NCBI GenBank assembly: GCA_017882785.1
Contig: JADGOV010000002.1
Span: 2,685 to 66,684, forward strand
Source of the DNA: Frankiaceae bacterium
GTDB taxonomy: Bacteria; Actinomycetota; Actinomycetes; JADGOV01
DNA length: 64,000 bases
Direction of reading: 5' to 3'
Notes under the pieces: model-generated
What the model was told of the DNA's origin: nothing
Database searches by the model: none
Seen by the model: only the letters and a program-made list of their open reading frames with translations
In this document: positions 1 through 10,433 of the stretch, piece after piece
Layout: every line of letters begins with the position of its first letter
Numbering within the stretch: the first letter of the stretch is position 1
Program-made: the position numbers and the translations under genes

Positions 1-1
1 C

Positions 2-151
2 GACCTGTCTGACGTGTACTGGGCCCGGGACGGGCGTACCAGCGTCGACGCAGCCATTGGCGCGATCACCGTCGGCGGGGCGATCCTGGCTGCAGCGCCG
101 TTCTGGAAGGGCGCCGCCACCGAGGTCGTCCGCACCCGTCCGATCACCTGA
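2..151 (+). CDS. 3' end of a CDS entering from upstream (last 49 codons, hydrophobic C-terminus); product unknown
   Basis: Frame 2 is open from the window edge to TGA 149-151 (..DAAIGAITVGGAILAAAPFWKGAATEVVRTRPIT*). It is absent from the ORF track because there is no in-window start. Confidence 0.35.
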   Translation, partial: DLSDVYWARDGRTSVDAAIGAITVGGAILAAAPFWKGAATEVVRTRPIT

Positions 152-166
152 CCTGACCTGACCTGA
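147..166. repeat. (CCTGA)x4 pentanucleotide microsatellite overlapping the stop codon
   Basis: Read directly: cctga cctga cctga cctga. It places TGA in all three forward frames. Confidence 0.9.
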
Positions 167-302
167 CGGTGACGGTCCGGTTCGACGACGGTGCGCCAGG
201 GCTCCACGCGTGGCGACCGGGTCACATTCCTCCGCCGCGGTCCGTCATGGCGGTGACGACCGCATCAGGTCGAGGTGACACAACAAGTGCAAGGAGCTCT
301 TC

Positions 303-647
303 ATGACGCCCGGTACCAAGACTGTCGTCTATCCCGTCAGGGACCTAGCTCAAGCGAAGAAGCTGTACGGCACGCTCTTGGGTGTAGCGCCTTCGATGGA
401 CGAGGCCCACTACGTCGGGTTCAGTGTCGGAGACCAAGAAGTTGGTCTGGATCCCCACGGCCACAGCCAGGGCATGACGGGGCCTGTCAGCTACTGGCAC
501 ATCGACGACATCAAGGAGACTCTCAGGTCGCTCCTCGACGCTGGCGCAGACGAGCAGCAACCGATCAGAGATGTCGGTGGGGGCACGTTGATCGCAGCTG
601 TGAAAGATGCAGACGGCAACACTGTCGGACTCATCCAGTCACCGTGA
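303..647 (+). CDS. VOC / glyoxalase-bleomycin resistance family protein
   Basis: 114-aa ORF with AAGGAG shortly upstream of the ATG. The sequence (VYPVRDLAQAKKLYGTLLG...GGTLIAAVKDADGNTVGLIQ) is typical of small VOC-fold proteins. Confidence 0.8.
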   Translation: MTPGTKTVVYPVRDLAQAKKLYGTLLGVAPSMDEAHYVGFSVGDQEVGLDPHGHSQGMTGPVSYWHIDDIKETLRSLLDAGADEQQPIRDVGGGTLIAAVKDADGNTVGLIQSP

Positions 648-669
648 CTGCCCGTCTAGGCTGGCGAAG

Positions 670-1044
670 ATGATAAGCGCCGTTCACACCTTGGTGTACG
701 CCGACGATGCCGAGGCTGCCCGCACGTTCTTCCGCGACGTTCTCGGCTGGCCGCACGTCGATGCCGGCGACGGGTGGCTCATCTTCCAGACGGGACCGTC
801 CGAACTCGGCGTGCACCCGACCCGGGCCGAGCACGACGGTGCAACCTGGTCGACCAACCAACATCACGAGATCTCTCTCGGGTGTGATGACGTCCAGCAG
901 ACCGTCGCAGAGCTCATGGCCAAGGGCGCAGAGTTCGCACGTGACATCAGGGACGACGGCTTTGGTCTGACAACGACGCTGAAGATCCCTGGTGCGGGCG
1001 AGATGATGCTCTACCAGCCGAAGCACCCGTCGGCGCGCACCTGA
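670..1044 (+). CDS. VOC family protein (second tandem paralogue)
   Basis: Internal ATG 670 is chosen (MISAVHTLVYADDAEAARTFFRDVLGW...). The track start at 607 would overlap the upstream gene. Glyoxalase-like sequence pattern. Confidence 0.8.
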   Translation: MISAVHTLVYADDAEAARTFFRDVLGWPHVDAGDGWLIFQTGPSELGVHPTRAEHDGATWSTNQHHEISLGCDDVQQTVAELMAKGAEFARDIRDDGFGLTTTLKIPGAGEMMLYQPKHPSART

Positions 1045-1067
1045 TCTTAGGCCGGCGCAGTCTCCCG

Positions 1068-2891
1068 TTACCCGCGCAGCCATGGCAGGGCGGCGGACAG
1101 TGCCGGCAACGCGGCCTCGGCGGCTGCCTCGCCGGGAGCGATGTACGGGCGACCTTCGGCGAATGCGTGCAACCCGAGCCCGGGAATCTCGGCGAAGTCC
1201 ATCTCCAGCAGAACTGTCGCGGCCGCGGTCGCCGACATTCCGATCCGGCCCTGCATGACCTCCACGGAGCGGACGATCGTGTGCAGCAGCGAAGGCGGCC
1301 GGCCGTTGCCCTCGACGGCCTCGACATCGGGTGCCGGAGCGCCGGACGGGCGGCTCAGGCTGGCCGCGATCACGACATCGGCACCCATCGAACAGGCCAC
1401 GCTCGTCGGGACCGGGTTCACCACGCCGCCGTCGACCAGGACGGACTCGCCGATGCGCACGGGCGGATAGATGCCGGGGATCGCCATACTGGCCAACGCA
1501 GCGACGCGCAACAGGCCGCGGCGGAAGACCACCTCGCGCCCGGTGGTCAGGTCCGCCGCCACCAGCGCGAGCGGCATGTCGAGGTCCTCGATCCGCCGCT
1601 CCCCGCTGACCGAGCGGAAGTTCTCCGCCACCCCCGCATTGGACAGCAGGGAGTGGATCGGGGCGGTGAGCCGGAAGGCGCGCATGCTCGTCGACTCCAT
1701 GACCCGCGCGGCCTCGTCGGCGCTGTGCCCCAGCGCATACGTCGACGCGATGATCGCGCCGATGCTGGTTCCGCAGACGTAGTCCGCCTTGAGGCCGACC
1801 CGCTCGAAGACGCGCAGTACACCGTAGTGTGCGTACCCACGCACGCTGCCCGCGCCGAGCGCCAAGCCGACCTTGAGCCCGCACAGGTCCCGGGCGAGCC
1901 AGCCCAGCGCAGCGCCCGCCGGCGTGGCAGCCGGCAGCAGACCGCGGCGCAGCGCCGCCTCGTCGGCGGCTGTGAGAGCCGGAACGGACACCACGCCGTC
2001 GCGACCCGGGCCGCCGCGTGCCGGTGCCGCCGACACCCAACCGCGTACCGCGTGTCCTGGGCGGTCTCCCCCAGGGGAGTCGACGAGCAGCGGCTGGCGG
2101 GCATCAGCGAGAGCGATCGTCCGCATGCTGGCCCAGACACCGTGCCGTGTCGGATCATCCCCGGTGCCTCCCGGCGGCAGCAGGACGAGGACGTGCCGGT
2201 ACGAGTCGGACAGCTCGTCCAGCTCCGCCGCCAGGGCCGGGGGCGAGGCCGCCGGGGACAGCAGCACGAGCCGAGCGCCCGGCTCCTCCGGCAGCCGTCC
2301 GTGGCCGGCGAGGGCGGTGAGCTCGCCGTTCGTCGGGCCGATGACCGCCAGTACCGTCGCGGCGCGACTGTGCCACGCGACGCTGCCGGCAAGCGCCCAG
2401 GCCAACAGCGGCGGCCCGCCGCTCAACCGCAGCGCGGTGATTCGGCCGCGCTCGGCACGAGCCGCCCGCTGGTAGGACCGGGTGAGTCGATGCGAGAGGA
2501 TCGCGCCGAGGTTGTGCAGGACCTGCGGATACGCGGCGGCGAGCTGCGGAAACGCGGCACCTTCCACGGCCACCACGGCGACGTCGGTGAGCGCCCGCAG
2601 GGTGGCCGCCGCGCGGTTCACCTCCGACGCCGGCCCGGTGAACAGCGCAGTTTCCCCGATCGTGTCGCCGGGCCCGAGCTCGCCGACCCGACTGTCCTCG
2701 CCGTGGTCGTCGCGAACCAGGACGGCGACGATCCCGCTGAGGATGACGAGCATCTCCGTCGGCGACTCGCCCTCTCCCAGCACCACGGCGCCTTCCGCGA
2801 CCCGTCGGCGGCTCAACCCGCGGAGAACTCGGCCGAGTTCATCTTCGGTGAGGCCGGAGAAGAACGATGGAGCTCCCCCCACCCGCGCCAT
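1068..2891 (-). CDS. cyclic-nucleotide-binding domain + patatin-like phospholipase
   Basis: N-terminal cNMP-binding signature (GDTIGETALF...RAATLRA). C-terminal patatin motifs GAGSVRG (oxyanion), GTSIG (GxSxG) and DGG. ATG 2891 has GGAGG 6 nt upstream and is preferred over the track start 2954. Confidence 0.85.
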   Translation of the reverse strand: MARVGGAPSFFSGLTEDELGRVLRGLSRRRVAEGAVVLGEGESPTEMLVILSGIVAVLVRDDHGEDSRVGELGPGDTIGETALFTGPASEVNRAAATLRALTDVAVVAVEGAAFPQLAAAYPQVLHNLGAILSHRLTRSYQRAARAERGRITALRLSGGPPLLAWALAGSVAWHSRAATVLAVIGPTNGELTALAGHGRLPEEPGARLVLLSPAASPPALAAELDELSDSYRHVLVLLPPGGTGDDPTRHGVWASMRTIALADARQPLLVDSPGGDRPGHAVRGWVSAAPARGGPGRDGVVSVPALTAADEAALRRGLLPAATPAGAALGWLARDLCGLKVGLALGAGSVRGYAHYGVLRVFERVGLKADYVCGTSIGAIIASTYALGHSADEAARVMESTSMRAFRLTAPIHSLLSNAGVAENFRSVSGERRIEDLDMPLALVAADLTTGREVVFRRGLLRVAALASMAIPGIYPPVRIGESVLVDGGVVNPVPTSVACSMGADVVIAASLSRPSGAPAPDVEAVEGNGRPPSLLHTIVRSVEVMQGRIGMSATAAATVLLEMDFAEIPGLGLHAFAEGRPYIAPGEAAAEAALPALSAALPWLRG

Positions 2892-3029
2892 GGGCGTACC
2901 TCCGGCCTCCGCGATCCGCTGCCTGATCCTCATGCATCGGCGGCAGCCCGACAACCACCCTCGTCCGTCTCGCGTTCGGGTACGCGGCGGTCAGTCAACC
3001 TTCCCGGCCGACGATGCCAGGGCCGTTCC

Positions 3030-4700
3030 TCACGACGGAGCGCCTTCGCCGAGGTATTCGTGGACGAGTTGGACGGCGGTGGCGCCCTCACCGGCTGCGG
3101 CGGCCACCCGCTTGATCGACCGGTGGCGGACGTCTCCGGCCGCGAAGACTCCTGGGATGCTGGTTTCCAGCAGCAGCGGGGGGCGCTGCAGCGGCCAACC
3201 CGGCGACACGCCGTCGCGGAGCAGGTCCCGCCCGGTCAGCACGTAGCCCCGGTCGTCGAGTGCCACCGCGCCGGCAAGCCAGCCCGTGCGGGGCTCGGCC
3301 CCGATGAGGACGAAGAGCGCCCTGGCGGGGACGTCGTGAGTGTCGCCGCTGTCATGGTGCCGGATGGTCACGGACTCCAGTCCGCCGGCGCCGTGGCCGT
3401 CGGTCACTTCGGCGCCCAACTGAACGTGGATGTTGGGCGTGTCGGAGATGGCGGTCACGAGGTAGTCGGACATGCTGGCGCCGAGCGCGACCCCTCGGAC
3501 CAGCATGGTGACGGACCCGGCGTGCCGGGCGAGGTGCAGCGCCGTCTGGCCGGCCGAGTTGCCGGCCCCGACGACGACGACGTGCTGCCCGGTCATCGCT
3601 CGCGCTTCCGCTCCGCCGGCGCCGTAGAACACCCCTGCGCCGACGAGCGCCTCGAGCCGCGGCACCCCGAGCCGCCGCCAGGTCACTCCCGTCGCGATGA
3701 CCACGGCCCGGGCCGCCACCTCGGTGCCGTCCGAGGTTCGGACCACGCGGCTGTTGTCCGTGGAGCTGAGTCGGGTTGCCGACTGGGTGAGGACGAACTC
3801 CGTGCCGAACAGCCACGCCTGCTCCAGCGCGCGTCCGGCCAGCTCTTCCCCGCTGATCCCGCGCTGGAAGCCGAGATAGTTGCGGATCAGCGAGCTGGTG
3901 CCGGCCTGGCCGCCAGGGATCTCCGGTTCGAGCACCATCGTCTGCAGGCCTTCGGAGGAGGCGTACACAGCGGCGGCGAGCCCGGCCGGACCCGAGCCGA
4001 GGATGGCCAGGTCACAGCTCGTCGCGCGCGGGCGGGTCTTCATGCCCATCGTGGCCATCAGCTCGGCGTCGGTCGGGTCCTCCAGCACGATGCCGGTGTA
4101 GAAGACGACGACGGGCAGCACCGAGGCTTGCCGGCCGGTTTCGAGCAGCAGGGCGCGTCCCTCCTCGCTGCCCGAGTCGTAGAACCAGTAGGGCACCGCG
4201 GCGCGGGTGAGCTTGTCCCGCATGTCGTAGGACCGGGCGTCCTGTTGCAGCCCGACGATCCGCACGGGCACCGCCGGCGCCTCCTGGGCCCTGGTCCAGG
4301 AGGCCAGGAACTCGCTGATGGCCGGGTACAGGAGACGCTCGATCGGGAACCACGGGTTGTAGAGGTGGTAGTCCACCTGACCCAGCGCCATCGCGGCGAC
4401 CATCGGATGCGCGGAGGACCAGTTGCCCCGCTGGATCAGTAGCACACGCTTGGCTGCGGGATGCCACTCGCGCCCCCGGGCGAACAGTTCCAGCGCCGAG
4501 GGGTCGGCCAGCCGTTCATCGATGATGAGCAGGGCGAGGACGTGTGAGTCGGCGGCGAGCCGCTCCATGACCTCGGCGGCCCGCGCGGCAGGGGCACCGG
4601 TCACCGCGTAGTCGCGGCCGAACCGACGGTCCAGGTCCGCGACGAGGCCTTCGAGCACGCCCACGTCGTCGGACACCACCAGGAACTGCGCCCGGGTCAT
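3030..4700 (-). CDS. thioredoxin-reductase-like FAD/NAD(P) flavoprotein with receiver-like and Cys-less glutaredoxin-like N-terminal domains
   Basis: Two GxGxxG motifs (ILGSGPAGLAAA, VVGAGNSAGQTA) and a C-terminal GVFAAGDV motif. There is no CxxC redox pair. The N-terminus (LVVSDD...LLIIDE...) resembles a REC domain. Confidence 0.75.
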   Translation of the reverse strand: MTRAQFLVVSDDVGVLEGLVADLDRRFGRDYAVTGAPAARAAEVMERLAADSHVLALLIIDERLADPSALELFARGREWHPAAKRVLLIQRGNWSSAHPMVAAMALGQVDYHLYNPWFPIERLLYPAISEFLASWTRAQEAPAVPVRIVGLQQDARSYDMRDKLTRAAVPYWFYDSGSEEGRALLLETGRQASVLPVVVFYTGIVLEDPTDAELMATMGMKTRPRATSCDLAILGSGPAGLAAAVYASSEGLQTMVLEPEIPGGQAGTSSLIRNYLGFQRGISGEELAGRALEQAWLFGTEFVLTQSATRLSSTDNSRVVRTSDGTEVAARAVVIATGVTWRRLGVPRLEALVGAGVFYGAGGAEARAMTGQHVVVVGAGNSAGQTALHLARHAGSVTMLVRGVALGASMSDYLVTAISDTPNIHVQLGAEVTDGHGAGGLESVTIRHHDSGDTHDVPARALFVLIGAEPRTGWLAGAVALDDRGYVLTGRDLLRDGVSPGWPLQRPPLLLETSIPGVFAAGDVRHRSIKRVAAAAGEGATAVQLVHEYLGEGAPS

Positions 4701-4775
4701 GGGTACGCAGTCTGCCGCCGGGTCGCCCGTCCCGCCAGTGGCGGTGCACCCGCGCGGGAGGAGGGCAGATCGGCG

Positions 4776-5525
4776 TCAGTCGTGGAGGACCGCCAGGTCG
4801 AGCTGGCGGAGCCGCTCGGGATCGGCTACCAGGTCGATTTCGACGATCTTCCCGCGCGTCATCGTGAAGCCGAAGACGACACGCGGCCGCCCGCCGGGAG
4901 CCCAGACGGCTCCCACGGCTCCGTCGACGAGCGCCGCTTGGGCGAACCTGGCACGCCCCGAGAAGGTCTCGGCCACGGCCGGCGCACCGCGGACCTCCGC
5001 GGCGGCGCCCGCATGCTCGGCTGCGCGGTCGGCTCCCTGCACTCGGCGGCGCGCGCGGCTGGCGAGCTGCCTTGCCGCGACCGGGGAGCGCCCCACGATG
5101 GGAGCGATCTCCTCATGGGGCACGGCGAACATGTCGTGCAGCACGAACGCCAGCCGCTCGGCGGGAGCCAGCGTTTCGAGTACGACAAGCAGCGCCGGAC
5201 CGACGGAGTCGGCCAGCAGCGCCTCGTGTTCGGGATCCGTCCCGTCCTCCCGACTGATGATCGGGTCGAGCAGGTGCGCGCCCAGGGGTTCCTCGCGCCT
5301 CGACCGGCGCGAGCGCAGCATGTCCATGCACACCCGGGCGACCACCGTGGTCAGCCATCCGCCCAGGTTCTCCACGCCGCTCGTGTCGGAGCGGCTGAGT
5401 CGGAGCCAGGCTTCCTGGACGGCGTCATCGACGTCGCTGCGCGAGCCGAGCATCCGGTAGGCCACGGACCGCAGATGGGTCCGGTTGGCCTCGAACCGCT
5501 CCGCCAGCCAGTCGTGTTCGTCCAT
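4776..5525 (-). CDS. ECF sigma-70 family sigma factor with C-terminal extension (SigJ/ECF41-like)
   Basis: Region 2 (DDAVQEAWLRLSR) and region 4 (LAPAERLAFVLHDMFAVPHEEIAPIVGRSPVAARQLASRARRRV), plus about 90 extra C-terminal residues. No adjacent anti-sigma gene. Confidence 0.85.
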   Translation of the reverse strand: MDEHDWLAERFEANRTHLRSVAYRMLGSRSDVDDAVQEAWLRLSRSDTSGVENLGGWLTTVVARVCMDMLRSRRSRREEPLGAHLLDPIISREDGTDPEHEALLADSVGPALLVVLETLAPAERLAFVLHDMFAVPHEEIAPIVGRSPVAARQLASRARRRVQGADRAAEHAGAAAEVRGAPAVAETFSGRARFAQAALVDGAVGAVWAPGGRPRVVFGFTMTRGKIVEIDLVADPERLRQLDLAVLHD

Positions 5526-5640
5526 CGGTCACCTTTCTCCCCCGCGTTCCGGTGGAGACACCTCCTGACCATCTGGCTATCCGGTCCTGGCACCCAGGTC
5601 GCGGCCGACGCGGGTAGGTTGGGACTCCGACCGGAGGGAC

Positions 5641-5916
5641 GTGGCCATGGCCGTTTTCATGATCGAACGGCGGTACGCGGACCAGCTCGAGGTCACCGCC
5701 GCCAGTGCCGAGGGGATCAACCGGATCAATGACGAGGAAGGCGTGCGCTGGCTCTACTCCTTCCTCTCCGCTGACAAGCGGAAGACCTACTGCCTGTACG
5801 AAGCCCCGTCGTCGGAGGCCATCGTGCGCGCCGCGGAGCGGGCCGGGCTCCCGGCCGACGTCATCGTCGAGGTAACCGACACGGTCCAGGCGGACGGTTC
5901 GATGTCCCCGGTCTGA
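5641..5916 (+). CDS. small DUF4242-like protein
   Basis: 91-aa ORF (FMIERRY...KRKTYCLYEAPSSEAIVRAAERAGLPADVIVEV) resembling the DUF4242 family as I remember it. Confidence 0.6.
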   Translation: MAMAVFMIERRYADQLEVTAASAEGINRINDEEGVRWLYSFLSADKRKTYCLYEAPSSEAIVRAAERAGLPADVIVEVTDTVQADGSMSPV

Positions 5917-5920
5917 CGCG

Positions 5921-8875
5921 TCAGGAGAGCAGGCCCGCGGCGGCGGCGTACATCGCCGCCTGGGTGCGGTTGTCCGAGCCGGTCTTGGCCAGGATGCTCC
6001 GCACGTGGTTGGCGGCGGTGTTCTCGCTGATGACCAGCCGGCCGGCGATCTCGCGGTTGCTGAGCCCCTCAGCGAGCAGGCGGAGCACCTCGGTTTCGCG
6101 GGCGGTCAGGCCGTCCCGCCGCCCACCTCCGGGCCCGCCTCCGGCTGCGGCGCCGGTCCCGACGTCGGCCACCGCGCCGGTCAGGCTAGCCAGCTGGCGC
6201 AGTACGCGCAGGTGGCCCACCGGCTCGGCCAGCCTGCGCGCCCGATCGACCAACTCGGCCACCCGAGGGGCATCCGGCTGCCCTCGCTGGACGTGGCGGG
6301 CGTAGGCCGCCAGGGTGAGCGCCTCGTGGACCGGTGCGGCCATCCGGGTGTCCATCTCCAGCGCCGCGGCGAACCACTCCTCGGGCGTGCCGGTGCCCAG
6401 GAGCGAGTCGACGGCGCCCAGGTAGCGATCGGCGCTGCCGAAGACGGCAACGAACTGACCTGCCACCAGGTTCAGGCCGGCGTACTCCAACAGGGGCCCG
6501 CGCAGCCGCCGCGCCGCGGTCGCGTCCTCCAGGGCCAAAGCGGCCTCGACGAGAAAGGCAAGGACGCCCGGCCACTGCGCGGTCCGCTCGTAACGGGGCA
6601 GCTGCTGGTCCACCAACCAGCCGAGCAGCCGGGACGCCGGGGCGGTCATCCCCAGCTCGGTGTAGAGCGCGAGCAGCCCAGGGGCCCAGTGGTCGGTGGG
6701 GAGCTCGTCCCCGGTTACCAGCCCGCGCACCTGGTCCAGGCGCCCGGCCTCCCGCCGGACCATGTAGGTCTGGACTCCGTACGATCCCTCCGTGTCGTCG
6801 GTGCCGAACGACTCACCCATCTCCATCAGGCCCGCGCAGGTGCGCTCCGCGGCGGTGAACTCCCCCGCGACGAAATGCCGGGCGTACTCCATGCAGCCCG
6901 CCATGTAGCCGAAGAAGCCCTGCCCGGTGGCGCGGGCGGTGCGCACGAGATCCCCGTACGCGCCGTCCATGCTCTGCGGGTCACCGCGCAAGTAGCCGAT
7001 GGCCCCGCGGTAGTACGCGGCGGGGCCGAGCTGGCCGAGGTCGCCGGTCCGGTGCGCGAGATCGGACAGCCGGGTAGCGCGCTCGAGTTTCCCCGGCGCG
7101 TCCCGCGGCCGCAGCCCGGGCCAGAGGCTGGCCTGCAACGTGTCCGCGAGGAGGTGGTCAACGCCGAGCGCCTCGGCCAGCTCGATCGCCCGGTTGCCGA
7201 GCGCGCGCGCCTCCTCGGTGGAGTCGGTGAAGGCGAGCGCGCGCCCGAGGCTCGCGATCGCCCGGACGTAGTCGGGGTCCGCGGGCCGGCGGCCGATCGT
7301 CGCGAGTGCGGCGGAGAGCAACTCCACGGAGCGTTGCCCCGAGTGCCCGGGCCGCCAGGCGGCGGCCTCGTAGGCGACCGCGCCCCGGACCCGGTGGCGT
7401 GGTGAGCCGCTCGTCGCCACCCGCTCGGCCAGCTCGCGGGCCCGGGCGAAGTCGCCGCCGAGTAGGTGGCTGCGCGACGCTGCGAGCAGCAGGGTGTCCC
7501 GCTCGTCGGCGTCCCCGGTGAGCGAGGCAGCCTGCTCCAGCGAGCGGGCGGCGTCCTCGTGCGCCAGGCTCCGGTCGGCCACCCCCGCCGCCTCGATGAG
7601 ATAACGCACCGCCTTGTCCGCGAACCCCAGCGTGTGGGCACCGGCATAGTGGTAAGCCAGCTGCTGGACGTAGCGCTCGGACTCGGGGAACCGGGTCTCG
7701 ATCACCTCTGCTACGCGCGCGTGCTCGTGGGCCCGGCGGGACGACGACAGCAGACCCAGCACGGCCTGGCGGGCCAGGGCGTGCTGGAACCTGAAGGACC
7801 CCTCGGGCCCGGGAGCCGGCTCGACCAGCCCGGAGTCCACGGCGGCGTCCAGCGCCTCGAGGGTGGTGTCGTGAGACCAGTCCGACGCCGCGACGAGCGT
7901 GGTCGAGTCGAAGTCCTCCCCGATGACCGCGGCCAGCTCGAGCACCTCGCGGTGTGGCGCGGTGAGCCGGTCCAGCCGGCTCTCGATGGTGTGCCGGACG
8001 GACTCCGGCGCCTGAACGTCGGTCGTGCGCAGTGCCGCCAACCCGCCGCGAGCCGCCAGGTCCCGCCACAACTCGCGGAGGAAGAACGGGTTGCCCCCGG
8101 TCTGGTCGCGCAGCACCGCCGCGTAGGAGCGGGCCCGGCCGGCCGAGACGCCGCTCTCCCGGATGAGGTAGTCGGTGATGTCCTCGGTGTCCAACCCGGC
8201 GAGGTCGAGCCGTCGGACGCCGTCCAGCCGGTACAGCGGGGCGATCGCTGCCGCGAGCGGCCGCGAGCGGTCCGGCGCGGTGGTCCGGTGCGAGGCGAGC
8301 AGCAGGATCCTCGCGTCCGGCGTCCGCTCCACCAGGTAGGCCAGCAGCTGCAGGGCGGTGCTCCCGGCCCAATGCAGGTCTTCCAACACCAGGACCAGCG
8401 GCCGCTCCGCGGCGGCCGCCCGGAAGGCGTCCACGGCGGCGTCGTACAGCCGGCGTCGATGCTCTGCGGCTCCGGCCCGTCTCGGGCGCTGCCCGGTCAG
8501 CGTGGCGAGCCGGTCGGTGACGGGCGAGGCATCCCGCCCGGTGGCCCCGGCGAGCGGGAGCCGACGGCTCAACAGGTCGGGCGCGAGGGCCTCGATCGGC
8601 TGCACGAACGGCTGGTAGGGCGGCCCGAACTCCTCGATACAGCTGCCGAGCAGAACGGCCGCCCCGCGCTCGTGCAGCATGGTGGCCACCTCCGCCAGCA
8701 GGCGCGACTTGCCCGCACCCGGGTCGCCCCCGACGAAGACAACCTGCCGGGCGCCCGCGACCGTCTCGCGCCAGACCTGCTCCAGGACGTCCAGTTCCCG
8801 GGTGCGGCCGACAAAGACCGGGTGCGCGGTCCCGGACCAGCGCACCGGCATGGGTGGTCCGGTCCAGCCGGGCAT
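5921..8875 (-). CDS. large ATP-binding LuxR-family regulator (LAL/MalT-like)
   Basis: N-terminal Walker A ([11 protein letters not shown]), a long helical/TPR-like middle region and a C-terminal LuxR HTH ([44 protein letters not shown]). Confidence 0.85.
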   Translation of the reverse strand: MPGWTGPPMPVRWSGTAHPVFVGRTRELDVLEQVWRETVAGARQVVFVGGDPGAGKSRLLAEVATMLHERGAAVLLGSCIEEFGPPYQPFVQPIEALAPDLLSRRLPLAGATGRDASPVTDRLATLTGQRPRRAGAAEHRRRLYDAAVDAFRAAAAERPLVLVLEDLHWAGSTALQLLAYLVERTPDARILLLASHRTTAPDRSRPLAAAIAPLYRLDGVRRLDLAGLDTEDITDYLIRESGVSAGRARSYAAVLRDQTGGNPFFLRELWRDLAARGGLAALRTTDVQAPESVRHTIESRLDRLTAPHREVLELAAVIGEDFDSTTLVAASDWSHDTTLEALDAAVDSGLVEPAPGPEGSFRFQHALARQAVLGLLSSSRRAHEHARVAEVIETRFPESERYVQQLAYHYAGAHTLGFADKAVRYLIEAAGVADRSLAHEDAARSLEQAASLTGDADERDTLLLAASRSHLLGGDFARARELAERVATSGSPRHRVRGAVAYEAAAWRPGHSGQRSVELLSAALATIGRRPADPDYVRAIASLGRALAFTDSTEEARALGNRAIELAEALGVDHLLADTLQASLWPGLRPRDAPGKLERATRLSDLAHRTGDLGQLGPAAYYRGAIGYLRGDPQSMDGAYGDLVRTARATGQGFFGYMAGCMEYARHFVAGEFTAAERTCAGLMEMGESFGTDDTEGSYGVQTYMVRREAGRLDQVRGLVTGDELPTDHWAPGLLALYTELGMTAPASRLLGWLVDQQLPRYERTAQWPGVLAFLVEAALALEDATAARRLRGPLLEYAGLNLVAGQFVAVFGSADRYLGAVDSLLGTGTPEEWFAAALEMDTRMAAPVHEALTLAAYARHVQRGQPDAPRVAELVDRARRLAEPVGHLRVLRQLASLTGAVADVGTGAAAGGGPGGGRRDGLTARETEVLRLLAEGLSNREIAGRLVISENTAANHVRSILAKTGSDNRTQAAMYAAAAGLLS

Positions 8876-9052
8876 CGTGGACTCAGGCTACTCGTAGGGG
8901 ATTGAGGAACCCCTGGATGACCAGATCTGACTATCCGCCCTCCGGCGGCAAGTCACTCTGTTTCGGTCATGCGCCCACGGTGTAGGCAACCTAGCGTCGA
9001 GGCCAGTCGACGGCTCACGCTCCGTGGGCCGCGGCGGACCAAAGGAGCTCCC

Positions 9053-10423
9053 ATGTCGGCGCAGACGATCGATGCCCTGCGGAACCAGGTGACCGGCCCG
9101 GTGATCGCCCCGGGGGACCCGGGCTACGACGAGGCCAGGAGGGTCTACAACTACATGATCGACCGCCACCCGGCTGCCGTCGTGCAGTGCACGGGCGCGG
9201 CGGACGTGGCCGCCGTGGTCAGGCACGCGGCGGAGACCGGCACAGAGCTCGCCGTCCGGGGTGGCGCGCACAGCGTCCCAGGGTTCGGCACGGCGGACGG
9301 TGCGCTGGTCGCCGATCTTGCCGGCCTCTCCTCGGTGACTGTGGACCCTTCAGGTCGGACCGCCCGCGCTGGCGGCGGCGTGACCTGGGCGGGCTTCAAC
9401 GAGGCCACGGGTGAGCACGGTCTCGCGACCACCGGCGGGATCATCTCCACGACCGGGGTCGGCGGGCTCACCCTCGGGGGCGGAATCGGCTACCTCTCCC
9501 GCGGGTACGGGCTGTCCTGCGACAACCTGCTCTCGGCCCAGGTCGTCACCGCGGACGGGCAGACGGTGACCGCGAGCGAGGCAGAGCACGCGGACCTGTA
9601 CTGGGCGCTGCGCGGCGGTGGTGGCAACTTCGGCGTCGTGACCGAGTTCACCTTCCGGGTGCACCCGGTAGCCGAGATCTACGGCGGCCCGATGTTCTTC
9701 GAGCTGTCCGACGGTGCGGCTCTCCTCGCCTACTTCAACGAGTTCATCAAGACCGCGCCGCGCGAGTACGGCGGGTTCCCCGCCTTCCAGATCGCGCCGC
9801 CCCTGCCGTTCGTGCCCGAGAACCGGGTCGGGGAGCCCTTCGTCGCGGTCGTGTCCTGCTGGACCGGCTCCACCCGCGACGGCGAGAAGATCCTGCAGGG
9901 GTTCAGGGACGTTGCGAGCCCCGTCGCCGAGCATGTCGGGCCGATGCCTTACCCCGCCCTCAACAGTGCCTTCGATGCCCTGGTACCCCCGGGCCTGCAG
10001 CACTACTGGAAGGCGGCGTTCGTCGGAGACCTCTCGGCGGACGCGATCCGGGCGCACATGGAGCACGGCCCGCAGGTGCCGGTGGTCAACTCAACTGTGC
10101 ACCTGTACCCGATCAACGGCGCCTGCCACGACGTAGCAGCAGACGCGACGGCGTTCGGGCACCGTGACGCCACCTATGCGACGGTGATCGCGGGCATGTG
10201 GCCGGACCCGGCGGACAACGAAGCCAACACGCGGTGGGTGCAGGACTACTACGCGGCGATCGCACCGCACTCCCAGAGTGGCGGGTACGTCAACTTCGCC
10301 TCCGCCGACGACGAGCCGAAGGTGGCGGTGAACTACGGGGCCAACTACGGCCGGCTGCAGGAGGTCAAGCGTCGCTACGACCCGGGCAACCTGTTCCACC
10401 TCAACCAGAACATCCAACCCTGA
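9053..10423 (+). CDS. FAD-linked oxidase (VAO/berberine-bridge-enzyme-like)
   Basis: ATG 9053 is preceded by AAAGGAG. FAD_binding_4-type sequence (AVRGGAHSVPGF...) and a BBE-like C-terminus (YVNF...NYGRLQEVKRRYDPGNLFHLNQNI). Confidence 0.85.
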   Translation: MSAQTIDALRNQVTGPVIAPGDPGYDEARRVYNYMIDRHPAAVVQCTGAADVAAVVRHAAETGTELAVRGGAHSVPGFGTADGALVADLAGLSSVTVDPSGRTARAGGGVTWAGFNEATGEHGLATTGGIISTTGVGGLTLGGGIGYLSRGYGLSCDNLLSAQVVTADGQTVTASEAEHADLYWALRGGGGNFGVVTEFTFRVHPVAEIYGGPMFFELSDGAALLAYFNEFIKTAPREYGGFPAFQIAPPLPFVPENRVGEPFVAVVSCWTGSTRDGEKILQGFRDVASPVAEHVGPMPYPALNSAFDALVPPGLQHYWKAAFVGDLSADAIRAHMEHGPQVPVVNSTVHLYPINGACHDVAADATAFGHRDATYATVIAGMWPDPADNEANTRWVQDYYAAIAPHSQSGGYVNFASADDEPKVAVNYGANYGRLQEVKRRYDPGNLFHLNQNIQP

Positions 10424-10433
10424 CGGCGGAAGG

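Noticed and set aside
175-190. GGTTCGA string suggestive of a tRNA T-arm (also near 60535 and 53161)
   Set aside because: The flanking sequence cannot form acceptor, D or anticodon arms. No tRNA-like cloverleaf was recognised anywhere in the window.
1167-4442. 1091-aa plus-strand ORF, the longest in the left part of the window
   Set aside because: It is antisense to the patatin and TrxR-like genes. Its translation is Arg/Pro/Gly/His-rich with no motifs. This is a typical stop-poor shadow frame of high-GC DNA.
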